A DNA stretch of 54,355 nucleotides, filler included, from Basidiobolus ranarum (GCA_040143965.1; 4 parts of 4 records of this genome joined end to end with filler, not necessarily neighbours in it); one strand, 5' to 3'; counted from the whole stretch's first letter, positions 23,520 to 36,238 are shown. Program-made: numbers and translations. Notes: generated from the sequence alone by a model not told the origin.

Positions 23520-25652
23520 ATGTTTTCGGAACACTCGGGCAATCGTTCTGGAGAACCTCCAGTCAAAAGGTATCGCGGGATGCTGATCGATAGTATTCCG
23601 CCAACTACTGATTTCAGTCCTATCTCTAGAAACTTCTCAACTGATAGCGCTACTCCCCCTTCAGCTCATTCATCCAGCATAACGAATTCTACTCAAGATC
23701 ACAAAGAGGGTGATATGCCAGATATGAGTACAGAGATCATTTCAGCTGAGGAAGATGAATATACTGAATTCAAAGATTCTTCACAACCTCTCTCTAGCAT
23801 ACCGCATTATCCAGGAAGTGAGAATGCGGAACCATATTCCACATACCTCAAACTGGAAGATGAATCTAACGAAACGACTGGTCAAGACAGGGAAGCAAAC
23901 GAGAACGATACTTCAGCAAAGGACTCATCAACGAATAGTCCAGCTAAAAAGCGAACCCGTGCAACTCCAGAGCAACTATTAATCCTAGAAGAAGCCTTCA
24001 TGACAAACATATCTCCTAATAGTAAAGTACGAGAAGCACTTGCCGAGCGCATCAACATGTCGGAAAGATCCATCCAAATATGGTTTCAAAATCGTAGGGC
24101 GAAGGTCAAGCTTATGCAGAAACGCTCACATTTAGTTCAAGAGACAATGAGTAGGCAATACTTCAATTCGTGTATGCCGTTCACCCAGGGTATGTACCCT
24201 TTCAGGAATGACATAACATCCGATCAAGGAGGGATGTACACCAATGGAAGCACTGCCCGCTTCACCACTGGGGTAGAAATGAGCGAAGATCATCCAAACT
24301 CCTACACTTCATCTGGGTATCAATTTGACCCAACCTCAATAGGTATGAATCCACACTTGGCACCAAGAGTTGCTATTTCCCCTTCGATGCCGACGCAGAA
24401 TGGCGTTGCCAAATTGGGTAAGTGAAAATACTTTTTAAGTTTATATATCCGTTTTTGTGTTCTAAATGGATCTTCCGTAGCTATGGTAAGAGGCATGTCA
24501 GCGCCCGTAATGCCTGTTGTAAACCCTACAACCGGTGTCCATCCCTTCACCTGTGATACGCTTAGCATTGGAACATGGAGGCGTATGGCTATTACCAAAA
24601 ATGACTTGTTGTGCTATTTCAACTTGACTGATAAAAAGATGTCTTGGCATATAACTGATAACAATAGCCGCTTCAAGATGGAATTTGATTTCCTTGCCAT
24701 TGTGGGGATCGAATTTAAGATTCTAGATGCGGTGTTTGGACAAATTGCTATTAATATCAACCAAGTTCCAGAATTTTCAATGGAAGTCAAAGTTGGGAAT
24801 AATTCAGTATGGACCACGTGTCGTGATTTTACAGAAGGAAAGCAAGCTTCCAGTTTCTTTCGACATGTTATTCGAGGGCATGCCCAGCCTTTAAAACGAC
24901 AGATCATTACATTGATGCAAGCTGATATGAGCTTGCAAAAGACTGTCCGGATTGAACCTCTCTCAAACATGACACGAGTAATGGCGCCACAAAGACGGCA
25001 GTCTTTTCCCGATAAATCTATTGCCCATAGCTTCAACACCAGTTGTGCAGACTTGCTAGCAGCCAGAAGAAACTCTGTTGATGAACATACGACACGACGA
25101 GCAACTTCTGTCCCTATGCAAAATATTATGAGTCTTCATAGGTTTTCCCGAGAATCTTCACTATGTGCGGATACATTCGATAGCACCAGGTATAACAGCT
25201 TGATGGTAATCGACGAAATTGGGAATGTATCGCCAATGAATGACTTTTCAAGACATGACTTCACCTCTAATGAAAACATACGAGGGAATGGAACCGCTCC
25301 ACCAAACTTTGTGGCAAGTGGTGCCATGCCTCCACATCCGGTGATGGCCGCATCTCCATTGGACATTGAGGCATCGTCAGCTGAAAATCTCACACTGACA
25401 TCCCCACTAGATCTTTATCGAAATCATCAGTATGAGCAATTACAAATGATATCTTCTGGCATGGGTATTTCGGATTGCGTATCTTCTTCCTGGGAGGATG
25501 CATTTGCCATGAACTCTATGTATCTTCTAGGTTCATCAATTAACTCTCCTGGAGTTGATGAACTTAATAATAGCATATTGGGACATGTACCTTCGGCTGA
25601 ATGCCCAAACGAACACTTACCATCAGAGTCATATGATAAGAATTTTTCATAA
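23520..25652 (+). CDS. Homeodomain transcription factor of the fungal Hoy1/Phx1/Pah1 type. Exons 23520-24417 and 24481-25652 (about 689 aa)
   Basis: Homeodomain KKRTRATPEQL...ERSIQIWFQNRRAK and a second conserved domain CDTLSIGTWRR..DLLCYF..FKMEF. The GTAAGT..TAG intron 24418-24480 joins the two ORFs in frame. Confidence 0.92.
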
Positions 25653-27003
25653 CAAGATCGAAGGAGCACGGGTCTTTCAGATACGACCATAACCAAGATT
25701 TTCTTTTACCATGTATTTTTTGTTGGAATATTTTTTGGTGTATGTAGGAACTTTTTTTCGTTGCGATGTAATATATTGTTGTTTATCTCCATTGACTCGT
25801 AAGCATGAGTTACCAACTAATTTTCTTCCATTTCCCGAAACCAACCTCCCAGTTGGTCTGCAATTCACAGATATATACCCTTGCTCTTTCTGTGAATTTA
25901 CATAAATATAAGCATAAGCATCATTTAAGGTTCAATGTCGAACATATATATTGGAGGTACTCAACTACTATATCTTGATGATAAGCTTCAAGAGGATTTC
26001 TCCTAGCGAATCAATATTTTGAAGATTTAACCTTCAAATAGCAAAGTGGGGGCCAATTTCAATCCTCTGATTGACCATATATGAGTAACTCAGTCACAAA
26101 TTGTTAAGATAACGGATTTTGAATACATTAAGAATTGCACATTGTAGAAGCCTTGCCCCAACTAATGATGCGTAAAGTCAACTAGGTCGCACCCGAGATC
26201 GACCGAGAAAGGCCGATCTGATACCGAATCGTATTCAAAGATCCGGCCGAAATGTACATCTCTTACCATAACGAAATACTAACCACAGATATCGAAAATA
26301 GGTAAAAATGGTGTTTTCTGGTTAGATGATGCAGCGTGTCATGCAACACCAGTACCACTGCTACTATTTCGATAATCATTCATAGAAGTCACTTGACATG
26401 AAAATACGAAGGATACCAAATATATAATAGCCGCCAAAAGTAAAAACCATGAAAGTAACATGGTTCTGAGGGAAGTGCGTCTCTATGCTTGAAGCTTACC
26501 AGGGTTTATCTAAGTATCTTGAATGTGTGCATTTATCTGATATTTCCAGTATCCAGAAAGACGGGTTACCTCATCTTTTGGCTTGAATCCATTTTCAGAT
26601 TATGGTAGAAGTTCCCAGCACGTGTGAGAAGAAATGCTGATGAGACTAGTCAAAATTCCGAAAACTTATCCTTGTCATACCTATCCAGTTTTAAGCTCTA
26701 CTGTTACTTTATATGGATCCGTACAATGAATAGCATCAATATATTGCAGTGTTTCAACTTTAGTAAAATAAGCTTCCTTTAGCTGGAAATCTCTTTCTCA
26801 CGATTCTTTTTACTCACCCACACATCAAGAACTATGTACAACATGGTGAGAAGATTTTTACATTACCAGGTGATCATATCTCTTGGGAATGAAATGTTAA
26901 TGATAAGCAGTATAATTGTCCGAGTCACCGTAACGATTTTATGTATATATAGTCCAGGCCTCTCTTGAATAACAGACATCAGCCTCACTTTGGATATACA
27001 ATC

Positions 27004-27213
27004 ATGGTTAAACTTGCTCTCTCCGCTCTATTACTTTTATCTTCTGCCCTTGTTTTCTCTCCTAGTGTTCTAGCCCAGCGAGGAAACAAAATTAGCTGTG
27101 ACGCTATCACCAACACTACTATGAGTATTCATGATCGTGTTGCACGTTTCCAGCCTGTAGAATTGGGAGCTGATCTTTCCGGTTTATCGAAAAGAGAGAA
27201 GCTTGCTGTTTCT
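27004..27213 (+). CDS. Secreted protein, N-terminus only; resembles the start of bacterial/plant-type M49 (dipeptidyl peptidase III-like) metallopeptidases
   Basis: Signal peptide MVKLALSALLLLSSALVFSPSVLA, then RVARFQPVELGADLSGLSKREKLAV. TATA-like tatatata near 26945. Catalytic motifs lie beyond the contig end. Confidence 0.6.
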
Positions 27214-27313
27214 NNNNNNNNNNNNNNNNNNNNNNNNNNNNNNNNNNNNNNNNNNNNTTAATTAATTAANNNNNNNNNNNNNNNNNNNNNNNNNNNNNNN
27301 NNNNNNNNNNNNN
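27214..27313. other. Artificial contig spacer
   Basis: N44-TTAATTAATTAA-N44. Confidence 0.99.
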
Positions 27314-28020
27314 ATATGATAAAGACACTAAACTTCAACATTCTCAAGCATTCTGTGATACCAGTTCTAGAGTATGGAGTACATCTGCTCCCACTCAACC
27401 AGAGGAACTATTCCAAACTTGGTTGATTCATCAGCTACTGCCTCAGGCTATTGATGCCTGACTTTCCTGAGACTCCCTATGATCATGCTCAAAATGGAAC
27501 ATTTGTATTCTTCCTGTAACACATCAGAGTAGTGCTACTGAGGGCTAGATTTTGACTCCAACCAAATGACTGCAGAAATCCATTGGTCAAGAAGTGGCTA
27601 GCCACACCATCTTCAATTCCACTATCCTGCTGGAAACTGATACAAGATGACCCTCCTGTTTCTGAACTAGCTTTACAACTGCATCAAACATAACAGCCCA
27701 AAGTTGTTGCTATAGACTTCCAGTTGGATCTTTGGAAGTAATACCTTTCCTCCAAGACACCTTTTTGATCCCCATTATTCCAGGTTTGGTCCTATTGTCC
27801 ATTTGATTTGTACTGAACATCTTCCTTTCTGCTTACCACCTTTACCCCTTAACACTGTATTCATATCCTCAGAACTGGATTATATTGGTCATCAAGTTGA
27901 GTATGGATATGATCCAATTTTGTCACAATATCTTAAAAGATTGATGTCATGATTGTCACTTTGCTTAGATTAGTATATAAGCTAAATAAATTCCACACCA
28001 CCTGGTGCTTTTCATCCCCC
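27314..28020 (+). mobile_element. Non-LTR retrotransposon family A, second (more degraded) copy, 3' end
   Basis: Colinear with the reverse complement of 12554-13250 (IPVLEYGVHLLPLNQR...LSQYLKRLMS plus UTR). Several internal stops. Confidence 0.88.
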
Positions 28021-28039
28021 TGACCCTTTTGTCATAAAT

Positions 28040-28260
28040 TTTCCAAACTTGATAATTGGTTATATCCTATTTTTCAGAAGAGGGAAAAGTTCCAGAAATT
28101 TGAGATGTAGACATCACAGAGAGTGCAAGCTTGAGGCTTATGACTTGTTAAAGTGTTTAAGAGCCTGCTGGAAGTGGTTTCAAGAATTAGAGAAATTGGT
28201 GGTTTCCACTTATTGATATATTGAGTATTCAGTTGACATTTATAGTTTTGTAAAGATGTA
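28040..28260 (+). mobile_element. Repeat family B 3' fragment (probable non-LTR element end), copy 1
   Basis: Encodes LLKCLRACWKWFQELEKLVVSTY* and shares about 90 nt of ORF end plus UTR with 35145-35236. Confidence 0.7.
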
Positions 28261-28791
28261 AGCAAAATAACGCGTAGAATGTGTTAAGAAAGATCTCAGA
28301 AACACGTGTGCAAAGTTTGGGGCTTCTAGCACAAGTTTAAAAAATCGATATATCAGAGAACGTCTAAGTAAGCTTCGATATTGAATAATGAGTAATAACT
28401 TAGTTCAATATAGGATAACTAAATACTAAGCTATATATTACTATATAGGTGATTAGGCAATGGTAATTTCAACAGATCCTAGTGGACTGCTAGCAATGAT
28501 TACATGATGACAGGCAAGACGATACAATGTGTCTGATGTGATGGTGGCCAGAAGAAAGCGGTAGCCATGTAGAAGCTACTTCATTGATCATCAACAGTAT
28601 ACTCAATCTACAGCCCTTTTCTTATAGTCTGAAGCTTTCTATGTGTCTCCATCAATCACAATTGAAGTCGATTCTTGTTTCACTGCTTACATTCACCACC
28701 CTCATTTATAATAAGATGAGAGCAAACAAGTTTCGTACTCTGGGCAAGGAATAGAAATAGGCTCAAATTGAAATAATTTTTTCGAAATGAG

Positions 28792-28871
28792 CCAAGTAAT
28801 TAGACTTCAGATCTAGCAACAAATTAGAATTCCAAGTAATTAGACTTCTGATCTGGCAACAAATTAGAATT
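28792..28871. repeat. 40-nt tandem duplication (2 mismatches)
   Basis: ccaagtaattagacttc(a/t)gatct(a/g)gcaacaaattagaatt x2. Confidence 0.95.
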
Positions 28872-29104
28872 TTCCTTATTCGCGCACCCTGAGCTCAATG
28901 CGTACCATTTTCATATAAAAAAGACGTCTGGGCCGAAATGGCTATGGCTAACCCGGAGCAAGATATCTCAGGCACATAATTGTTTAATCAATTGGCCATA
29001 AGTGGCATCTGATGATTAACCACAAATGTAAAAAGGAAACGGGGATTTCGTTTACGCGAAGATGATCCAATCTGCTAGTTAATATAAAGCTGATTAAAAA
29101 TTCC

Positions 29105-30376
29105 ATGTTCAACATCATGAATTGGTTTTTACTTTTTCTAATCTACGTTCAGTACGCTCGAGGGGTCGATGTAAGCTTAAGCTTCGAGGACTACTCGGGT
29201 GATGTAGATATCAGGTCCATTTATACAAGCTTTGAAGCTCCTGTAGGATATACCCCCACTGGCACTTATTGGTGCGTTGCCGCTTGGTGGGGTGGCTACT
29301 TTGGTGTTCAGAGAGCAGGCAACGGATCCTATAACTACATTACGTCAGTTTGGAATCAGGGCAAGTATTCAGCCAAAATCAACATGGCACTACCCGGAGG
29401 AGTTCCTGCTGATTGTCAAAACGAGAGCTATTGCGTTGAAGGGGCTGTTGCCCATGATCTCATTTTCTCAGACCCTTGGCAACCTGGAGTCAGGTATGAT
29501 TTCATGGTCAATTACGAAGTCGAAGGAGAAAAAAAGACACTTTCTAGTTATGTCTTTAAAGATGACCGTTGGATGCTGATTACCCAGTTTCAACTCCCTC
29601 ACTTCCAACATTATCTTGGCAATTATGTCTACCAGTTTCTTGAAAACCCCTCATTTAATTCTTTCGACTGGACGTGGAGAGCGGAGACTGCTCGTTTTCA
29701 AAAGAGAGGGCTGTACTACAACCAGCATATTAGAAAAGTTGGCTCCGACAAATGGCTTGGTGTGACAAACTTTTGGCCCGATGGCAACAAACCAGGCAAT
29801 AAGACTCATGATGAGTTCTATGAATACTTTCCTTTGCCGAATAGAAACGGTTATATGCTTGTTCTGGATGGAGCCAAGCCTGGTACTGAGAAGCCAGGTA
29901 CCTATAACAGCCACTACCGCGCTAATACTTCCAACCTGGAGCCACCACTCCCTTTGAACTGGTCACCAAAGGGCAAGCATACTGTTACCATGACCGAGAC
30001 TTATCTAGGTTTTAAGGTGGCTACAGATTCGCCAATAACTACCACCACCACTAAACAAACGTGGGTTACCAACACTAAAGCTGCTGAAGGCTTCACCTTG
30101 ACCAGCACGGAGCTGCTGACTACTGTCGAGACGGTAATATCAAGAGCCACCAAAACAGAAGTGCATACCGTGACTTTGCCTACAAACAATGTAACCGAGT
30201 TCACCACGGAAACCGAGGTTAACATCGAAGTGGATACTGTGACTGAGTCCGCAAAACCTGAAAAGCTACGCAGTGTTACAGACCTCACGACAGAAGCAAG
30301 CACTGTTACCATCTACGATCGCATACAGTCTACTGTATATGCCCCGGCCATTACGGTTTTTAAAAATGACTACTAA
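29105..30376 (+). CDS. Secreted protein with a DUF3472-like domain and a Thr/Val-rich C-terminal tail
   Basis: Signal peptide; motifs TYW..GGYFGVQ..SVW, WQPGVRYDF, WMLITQF, YQFLEN recall DUF3472. The last ~130 aa are T/V/E-rich. Intronless, 423 aa. TATAAA near 29083. Confidence 0.78.
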   Translation: MFNIMNWFLLFLIYVQYARGVDVSLSFEDYSGDVDIRSIYTSFEAPVGYTPTGTYWCVAAWWGGYFGVQRAGNGSYNYITSVWNQGKYSAKINMALPGGVPADCQNESYCVEGAVAHDLIFSDPWQPGVRYDFMVNYEVEGEKKTLSSYVFKDDRWMLITQFQLPHFQHYLGNYVYQFLENPSFNSFDWTWRAETARFQKRGLYYNQHIRKVGSDKWLGVTNFWPDGNKPGNKTHDEFYEYFPLPNRNGYMLVLDGAKPGTEKPGTYNSHYRANTSNLEPPLPLNWSPKGKHTVTMTETYLGFKVATDSPITTTTTKQTWVTNTKAAEGFTLTSTELLTTVETVISRATKTEVHTVTLPTNNVTEFTTETEVNIEVDTVTESAKPEKLRSVTDLTTEASTVTIYDRIQSTVYAPAITVFKNDY

Positions 30377-30686
30377 GATTGCCTTCTCTTGATTCATTCC
30401 GCTTGATGTGATAAGCTTTCCCTCAGCTATTTGGAAGAATCAGCATTTACCAGCAATAAATTGAGTTTTAATGTAAATTAATATGGCCAAATTAACTAAA
30501 CCATACAAGGTCAATGGACTTGTTCCATCATTCCAGCTGACCATAGTGCCAGAAAGTGCCATAGCAAATCTATCACGCCAATATAGTACGATAGGGTGCC
30601 TGATCTGGAGACATGTTTTGACCCTAGATTATCAAATTGATAACAAAATATACAGCACTATAACTATATTATACTATATCATAATG

Positions 30687-30764
30687 GGAGGCATGATAAG
30701 CCAAAGACAGATGGATGCGCAGGAGGCATGATAAGCCAAAGACAGATGGATGCGCAGGAGGCAT
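30687..30764. repeat. Perfect 35-nt tandem duplication (2.2 copies)
   Basis: ggaggcatgataagccaaagacagatggatgcgca x2 + ggaggcat. Confidence 0.95.
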
Positions 30765-32013
30765 TTATCACTGGTGCACACCGATCATTACTTTAGTCTG
30801 GGTCAATCATATGTCGCAAGTGAGGGCTCGCTGTGCTTTTAGATCCACATCCGCTTCTAACCCACCAACGATGGGACCCATTTCCAGTTTTGGAGGCCCC
30901 ATTTCTATATTCGCCTCCAATCAGAGTGAGGGTATACTGACGGGTTTATACTAGTGTCTCTGACCATTCTCACATTCCATGGAAATACGCGATATGATTA
31001 CACTAAGCGAGTGGTGAGATGAGGGTAATGATTACCAACAAGTGGTGAGATTTCTTGGGTTGTCAAGTGGTCGTATTTTGCTACGGCTTATATTAGGATG
31101 TCCAACTTGATTTGGAATGCTTCACATGACGAACTTTCTAATTGCCAAACTAAGCGTTATTCCTATTGGTTCGAACAGCAAAAAATTGGCCTATGGTAAC
31201 GACTCCATATCCACGCATAAGCCTTCAGTGGTAATTGATAATTAGTCATCTGATTTGATGAACAATCAGTCCCGGATAGCGAGAAAACTTTAATCGGAGG
31301 TTGATAAGAGATTTCTCAATGATTTTGAATTCAACATGCGTAATAGTGTATTGGCTAGATATATTGGAATCAACTACAATCAGTGCGATGTCCAGGCACA
31401 ACCAATATGGTACTACCAGGTCTATTTGCCAGCGGAGGGAGTGAATTCTTTGCATAAGGCTCAATTATCTTCTTCAGCTAATCTATTCAAGTTTCCTCAA
31501 CACATGTGTATTCTTGGCCTTACAAACTGTGTAGCTTGCAATACAATCCCCCTATTTTGTATCAAGAAACGAAAGTGGTTGTGGCTTCTTTTTTCAATTG
31601 AAATAAAGATTTTATAGAAAGGTGCAAGTAACTAGAATGGTTATCTTATTCTCCAGCGGAATCCGTTGATTTTCCTTAGGACCAATCTGGAAATATTCTG
31701 GAAATGATTTAGGCTTTCTATGGATGCTGATCCTCGCATCAATTTTAATTCAACACAAACTCAATTTTCCATTTGATTGCGCTGCTACCGTTAAATACCA
31801 AAATCCAAATGATTCTAAGTAAATAAATACTGATAGCCTTTATTTGGCAGTGAGCAGAGAAGTTGAGAGAAAATTCCAACCCAGTTTGCGTATTTCAAGA
31901 GATAGTGTGGAATATACGAGACGATGGGCACCTGACCTAAGTTATATACTTGGAAGGAATTAAGTCTATTCTGGATGTAAAATACACATGGCGTTTTTCA
32001 TTTCCTCGCGAAA

Positions 32014-34672
32014 ATGGTTCAGTTAAATATGTGGCAGCACATTTTGATTTTTCTACTGTCAACGTTCTCTATTGGAAAAAACGTTAATGCTGACAAGGCG
32101 GCGACCAGTGTGCCCGATACTGTTACAGTTTACGGCACATATTTCGACTATCAGACATACACTGATCCTCCCTCTATCATTGTAAAGACTGAGCATCAGT
32201 ACCACATTACCGATGTTACTTCAGGCTCGTTGAAAAAGACTATTGGGTAGACAACACACTCAACCACGACCAAGAAAGTTACAGTAAATGATATAAATAC
32301 CGTGCAACTCACTACCACTGTTCATGCGGGGATAAATACAGAACACCATACGGTTGTCGAGAGTGTTACCAAGCATCAGACATTGACGAAGAAGGAATCA
32401 GAACGCCCTACGGTTTCTAGCCTAACAGTTTTGCATACTGAACATAGAATGCACATCGTAATTTCAAAGGTTGCTTTGCAGCCTGTAGTCATAACCCCAA
32501 TAGTTACTGTGGCAGCGCATTCTGTTCACCAGTCAGGTGCTTCAACAGCAACTGAAAAGAAAATAAAGCAGCATAATGTTGCTTCGGAGGAGACCAAAGA
32601 ACACACCATTACAGCACTTTTGGTAACCGGCAAGGAGACAATGAACAATACGGTCACAGCTCCTACAGTGACCGACAATTAACAATACCGTTATGGCCCC
32701 AACGGTGACCGAAAAGCAAACTTTAACAGTTCCAACAGTAACTGATAAAGAGACATGGACCATACAGTCACTGCGGAGGAAACCATAGAGCACACTGTCA
32801 CGGCTCCAACGGTTACTGACAGCACCAACCGTGATCGAAGACAAGACAGTAAGCCATACTGTCAATAAAGAAGTTACCAAAGTGGTACTAACGAGACAAT
32901 CCATTATACGGTGACTAAGGAAAACACTGTTACTGTACCAACAGTTACTAATAAGGCAACATTGAACCAAACTGTAACCAAGGAGCAAACCTTAACGGTC
33001 CCAACTGTTACTGACAATAAGACAATCCAGCATACCGTGACGAAGGAGAGCACTATTACAGCTCCAACAGTCACTTCTGAGGTGACTCACAAGGAGACAA
33101 TGGACTACACTGTTACTAAGGAGCAAACCTCAGCGGTTCCTACTGTTGCTGACGACAAGACAACCCAAAATACAACTCCAACAGTCACTTCTGAGGTGAC
33201 TCAAGAGCAAACTGTAACTGTGCCGGCGGTTACTCACAAGGAGACTATAGACTACACTGTTACCAAGTAGCAAATCTTAACAACCCCGACAGTTACTGAT
33301 GATAAGATAATTCAACGTACCGTGACAAAGGAGAGTACCGTTAATGCTCCAAGGGTTACCTTGGAAGTCACTAAAGAAAAAACTGTAACAGTGCTAATGG
33401 TCACTGACAAGCAGACAGTTGACCAAATTATCGCTACCTTTACGGTCCCATCAGTTACTGGCGATAAGACACTCCAGTATACTGTAACAAAGGGCAGCCC
33501 TATCACAGCTCCAATGGTAACTTCAGAGATGAATAAGGAACAAACATACAGTACAGTCGTTACAGTTATTGTGAAGACAATTCAAGATACTGTAATAATG
33601 GATAGCACTCTCACTGCTCCTACAGTTACTACGAAGGAAACTGGGCAGCACAGTATCTCAGCTTCAACAATTTTGGATAATGAGACAATTCAGCATACTG
33701 TTACAGAGGGCAATCCTGTTACTGCGCTACGACTTCTGCCGCGGCGACTCATAAGCAAACCATCAAAATTGTAACCGTAACTGATGATGAGACACTTCGG
33801 TACACTGTAACAGTGGACAAAACTGCCACGGCTCCCACGTTTACTTTGAAAGAGGCGGTTCAGCCTACATATACATCCGATGTTACTAATGAATATAGTA
33901 ACAGAGTTATAACGGCTACCCGACGAAAAGACAATTTCGCGTATTGTCTCTGTAGAGACTAATAAGCCTTCTATTGTAGAGGAGACGATACAACCTGCAA
34001 CTACTACTAAAGAGATTGGAGAACCCAGTATCGTAACTCTAACGGTCACTGTTATCGAGACAACATCGCATATGGTGACCAAGCAAAAGACTATCATAGC
34101 TACTACAGCAACTGATGTTGAAACTATACAGCATACTGCTGCCAAGGAATCCACATTCACTGCACCAGCACTGACCGACATTGAGACACTACGCGCCACT
34201 GTAACAAGAGCATATACTTTGACAGAGCCTATCATCACTCTTGAGACAACGCATCCTACAGCTACTACTGAAGAAATTAAGGAAACGATATGACGTACTA
34301 TTTCTATTACTAACAAGGTAAGTCTTTATTTTATTTTTATGGTAACAATTGACTTAATCCAAAATTAATTTTGTGTTCCTCATCGATTAGGTTAAAGTGC
34401 AGGATTCGGTGGCTACACCTACCGCAACATTGAATTCAGGAAAGGTTACTAGAATAGAAACTGGAGGGAGAATTAGCACCGCAGCTAAAGCTCATTCAAG
34501 TCTAGATCTTCGTTCCCCTGACGAGAGTGAATGCATCAATGGACATTACGAATGTTTGGCTTCAGGCCTGTCGCAAGTGTTCTTCATTTGTAGCAATGGG
34601 AGATTGTTCACTGTTCATTGCGCCGAAGGAACTGTATGCACAACATTTGGTCAATCCATTATTTGCAATTGA
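32014..34672 (+). pseudogene. Disrupted secreted mucin-like Thr/Val-repeat protein with a C-terminal CBM19-like Cys-rich domain
   Basis: Signal peptide and many TVTKE-x-T-x-T-(A/V)PTVTD-x-KT repeats. Stops end at 32250, 32682, 33270, 33774 and 34293, and there are frameshifts. Intron 34318-34390. Last exon ECINGHYEC...FFICSNG...CAEGTVC. Confidence 0.8.
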
Positions 34673-34859
34673 CCTGCAGCCTAGATACGGAAACTGTCGA
34701 AAGTAATAGGATCATTATAGCATTCTTTTACCGTGGAAATATTTGCGTGTAGGGTGCCTGTGTTTAGAGGGAGGGTCGGGTAATGACCCGAATGTGTAAC
34801 CATTCGTTTGCAAAATACAGAAGTCATTCACAGCAAGGAAGCTGTCTGATTGATCTAGG

Positions 34860-35236
34860 TGATGATCTTGTCGGATTCTCCAATTCCATGTAAGCCACGA
34901 ACTGCCACGGCTTGGTGGAGCTGCAGATTAAATTGGATTGCATAGTTGTCAAAAGAATCAAGGGACTCATCAACTTGGTGGATTTTAAGCAATGTTGGCA
35001 TAACAAACTCACTGCTTCTCCAGTTGGTGATCAACTCTGGCTACCTTATCTACATGCTAGAAAATTTCAGGAAATCCTGATACTAAATCTGACATGGCAA
35101 GGTCTGACTAGAGAACACAGTTGTCAAAGCAATTGGGAATTTGTTGGAAGTGGTTTGCAGAACTAGAGAAATTGGTGGTTTTCACTTATTGATTTATTGA
35201 GTTGAAAGTTGACATTTATAGTTTTGTCAGGATGTA
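34860..35236 (+). mobile_element. Repeat family B 3' fragment, copy 2
   Basis: RILQFHVSHELPRLGG, HSCQKNQGTHQ (possible decayed Zn knuckle), GICWKWFAELEKLVVFTY*. UTR matches 28230-28260. Confidence 0.7.
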
Positions 35237-35491
35237 TACAAGCTAGCATATGGAAGAAAACTATGGTTGGACAATGATAGTGCCATATAACCATCATATT
35301 GATAGTTTGAGAAAAGATATTGTAACACCTCCAAAAGTTTACATAACTGGAACATCTTAAGATGTTAACTATAAGAGAAGATTAAGTAAGCAGGAAGAGA
35401 TAATATGGAAAGCTTTATTGATAGCTAACTCTGTAGAGTGGCTGAGCTAATATAACAATATTTGCAAAGAATAGATATTTCAGACATCTGT

Positions 35492-36238
35492 CTATTGACA
35501 TGCCAAGATAAGAATCATTGCAGTGAGTGAAGGATCTAGGTCATGCACTCCAGCTGCTTGTATATTTCTTTTGAATCTTTTATAAAAGTGTTGGATATTT
35601 TCCCCCTCCTGTCTTTTGATTTTCCACAGACTGGGATGTAAGTTGAGAGTCTTGAGTGGATCTTGAAAATGTTTGTAAAATAGATCTTGAGCATTTTTCC
35701 AAGTACAGGTTGCTGGAATATTATGTTGAACCCACTGTGCATCTTGCATGGTAAGACAAAGAGGTAATAGTCTTGCCCAGTGAGAATCTTTATCCAGCTG
35801 GTAAGCTACTAATACATTGTTGAATTTATACAAGAATTCCATTGGATCTTTGATAGCATTAGGCCCTTCTGAAAAAGTAGGGAGATAGCTTGGAACAATG
35901 ATGGTACACTCTTCAGAAATAGTAGTGGGATAGGGCATAGCTGATATTCTGGCAAGATTCAAAATAGCAACTGAGGAATTCTCCATGTTCCACAAGGCTA
36001 TAACAAGTTCCTGGATATTTTTCTTAAGGATGGCAACTTCTTTCCTCTTGGCTGTGATTACCTCTTGTAGGTTTTGCCTTTGATTTCCTTTGGTTCTATA
36101 CTGAAGGAGAGAACAGTACTCCAGAACAAGAGCATCTTTCTCCATCATAAGCTGTTTGAGTTGCCTTGACAGATTGGTATAGATTGTTTTGGGTTTATCA
36201 AAAGAATTGGGATTCTCAATATTGGTAGGTGGGAGCAT
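35492..36238 (-). mobile_element. Retrotransposon Gag-like ORF (Ty3/Gypsy-type capsid), truncated relic with no pol downstream
   Basis: Coiled-coil N-terminus, then LPTF..DPMEFLYKF..WARLLPLCL..AQWV..TWKNAQDLFYKHF..LWKIKRQEGENIQHFYKRF. No CpG seen. Confidence 0.8.

Noticed and set aside
26180-26252. Cluster of CCGA/CGG words upstream of the 27004 gene
   Set aside because: No consistent spacing or convincing secondary structure; cannot be distinguished from chance.
26637-26664. CTGATGA...CGAAA hammerhead-like core
   Set aside because: The intervening bases do not form a stem II closing onto GAAA, and no stems I/III were found.
30687-30764. 35-nt repeats (and the 40-nt repeats at 28792) as a CRISPR array
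   Set aside because: They are head-to-tail duplications without spacers, there are no cas genes, and the context is eukaryotic.
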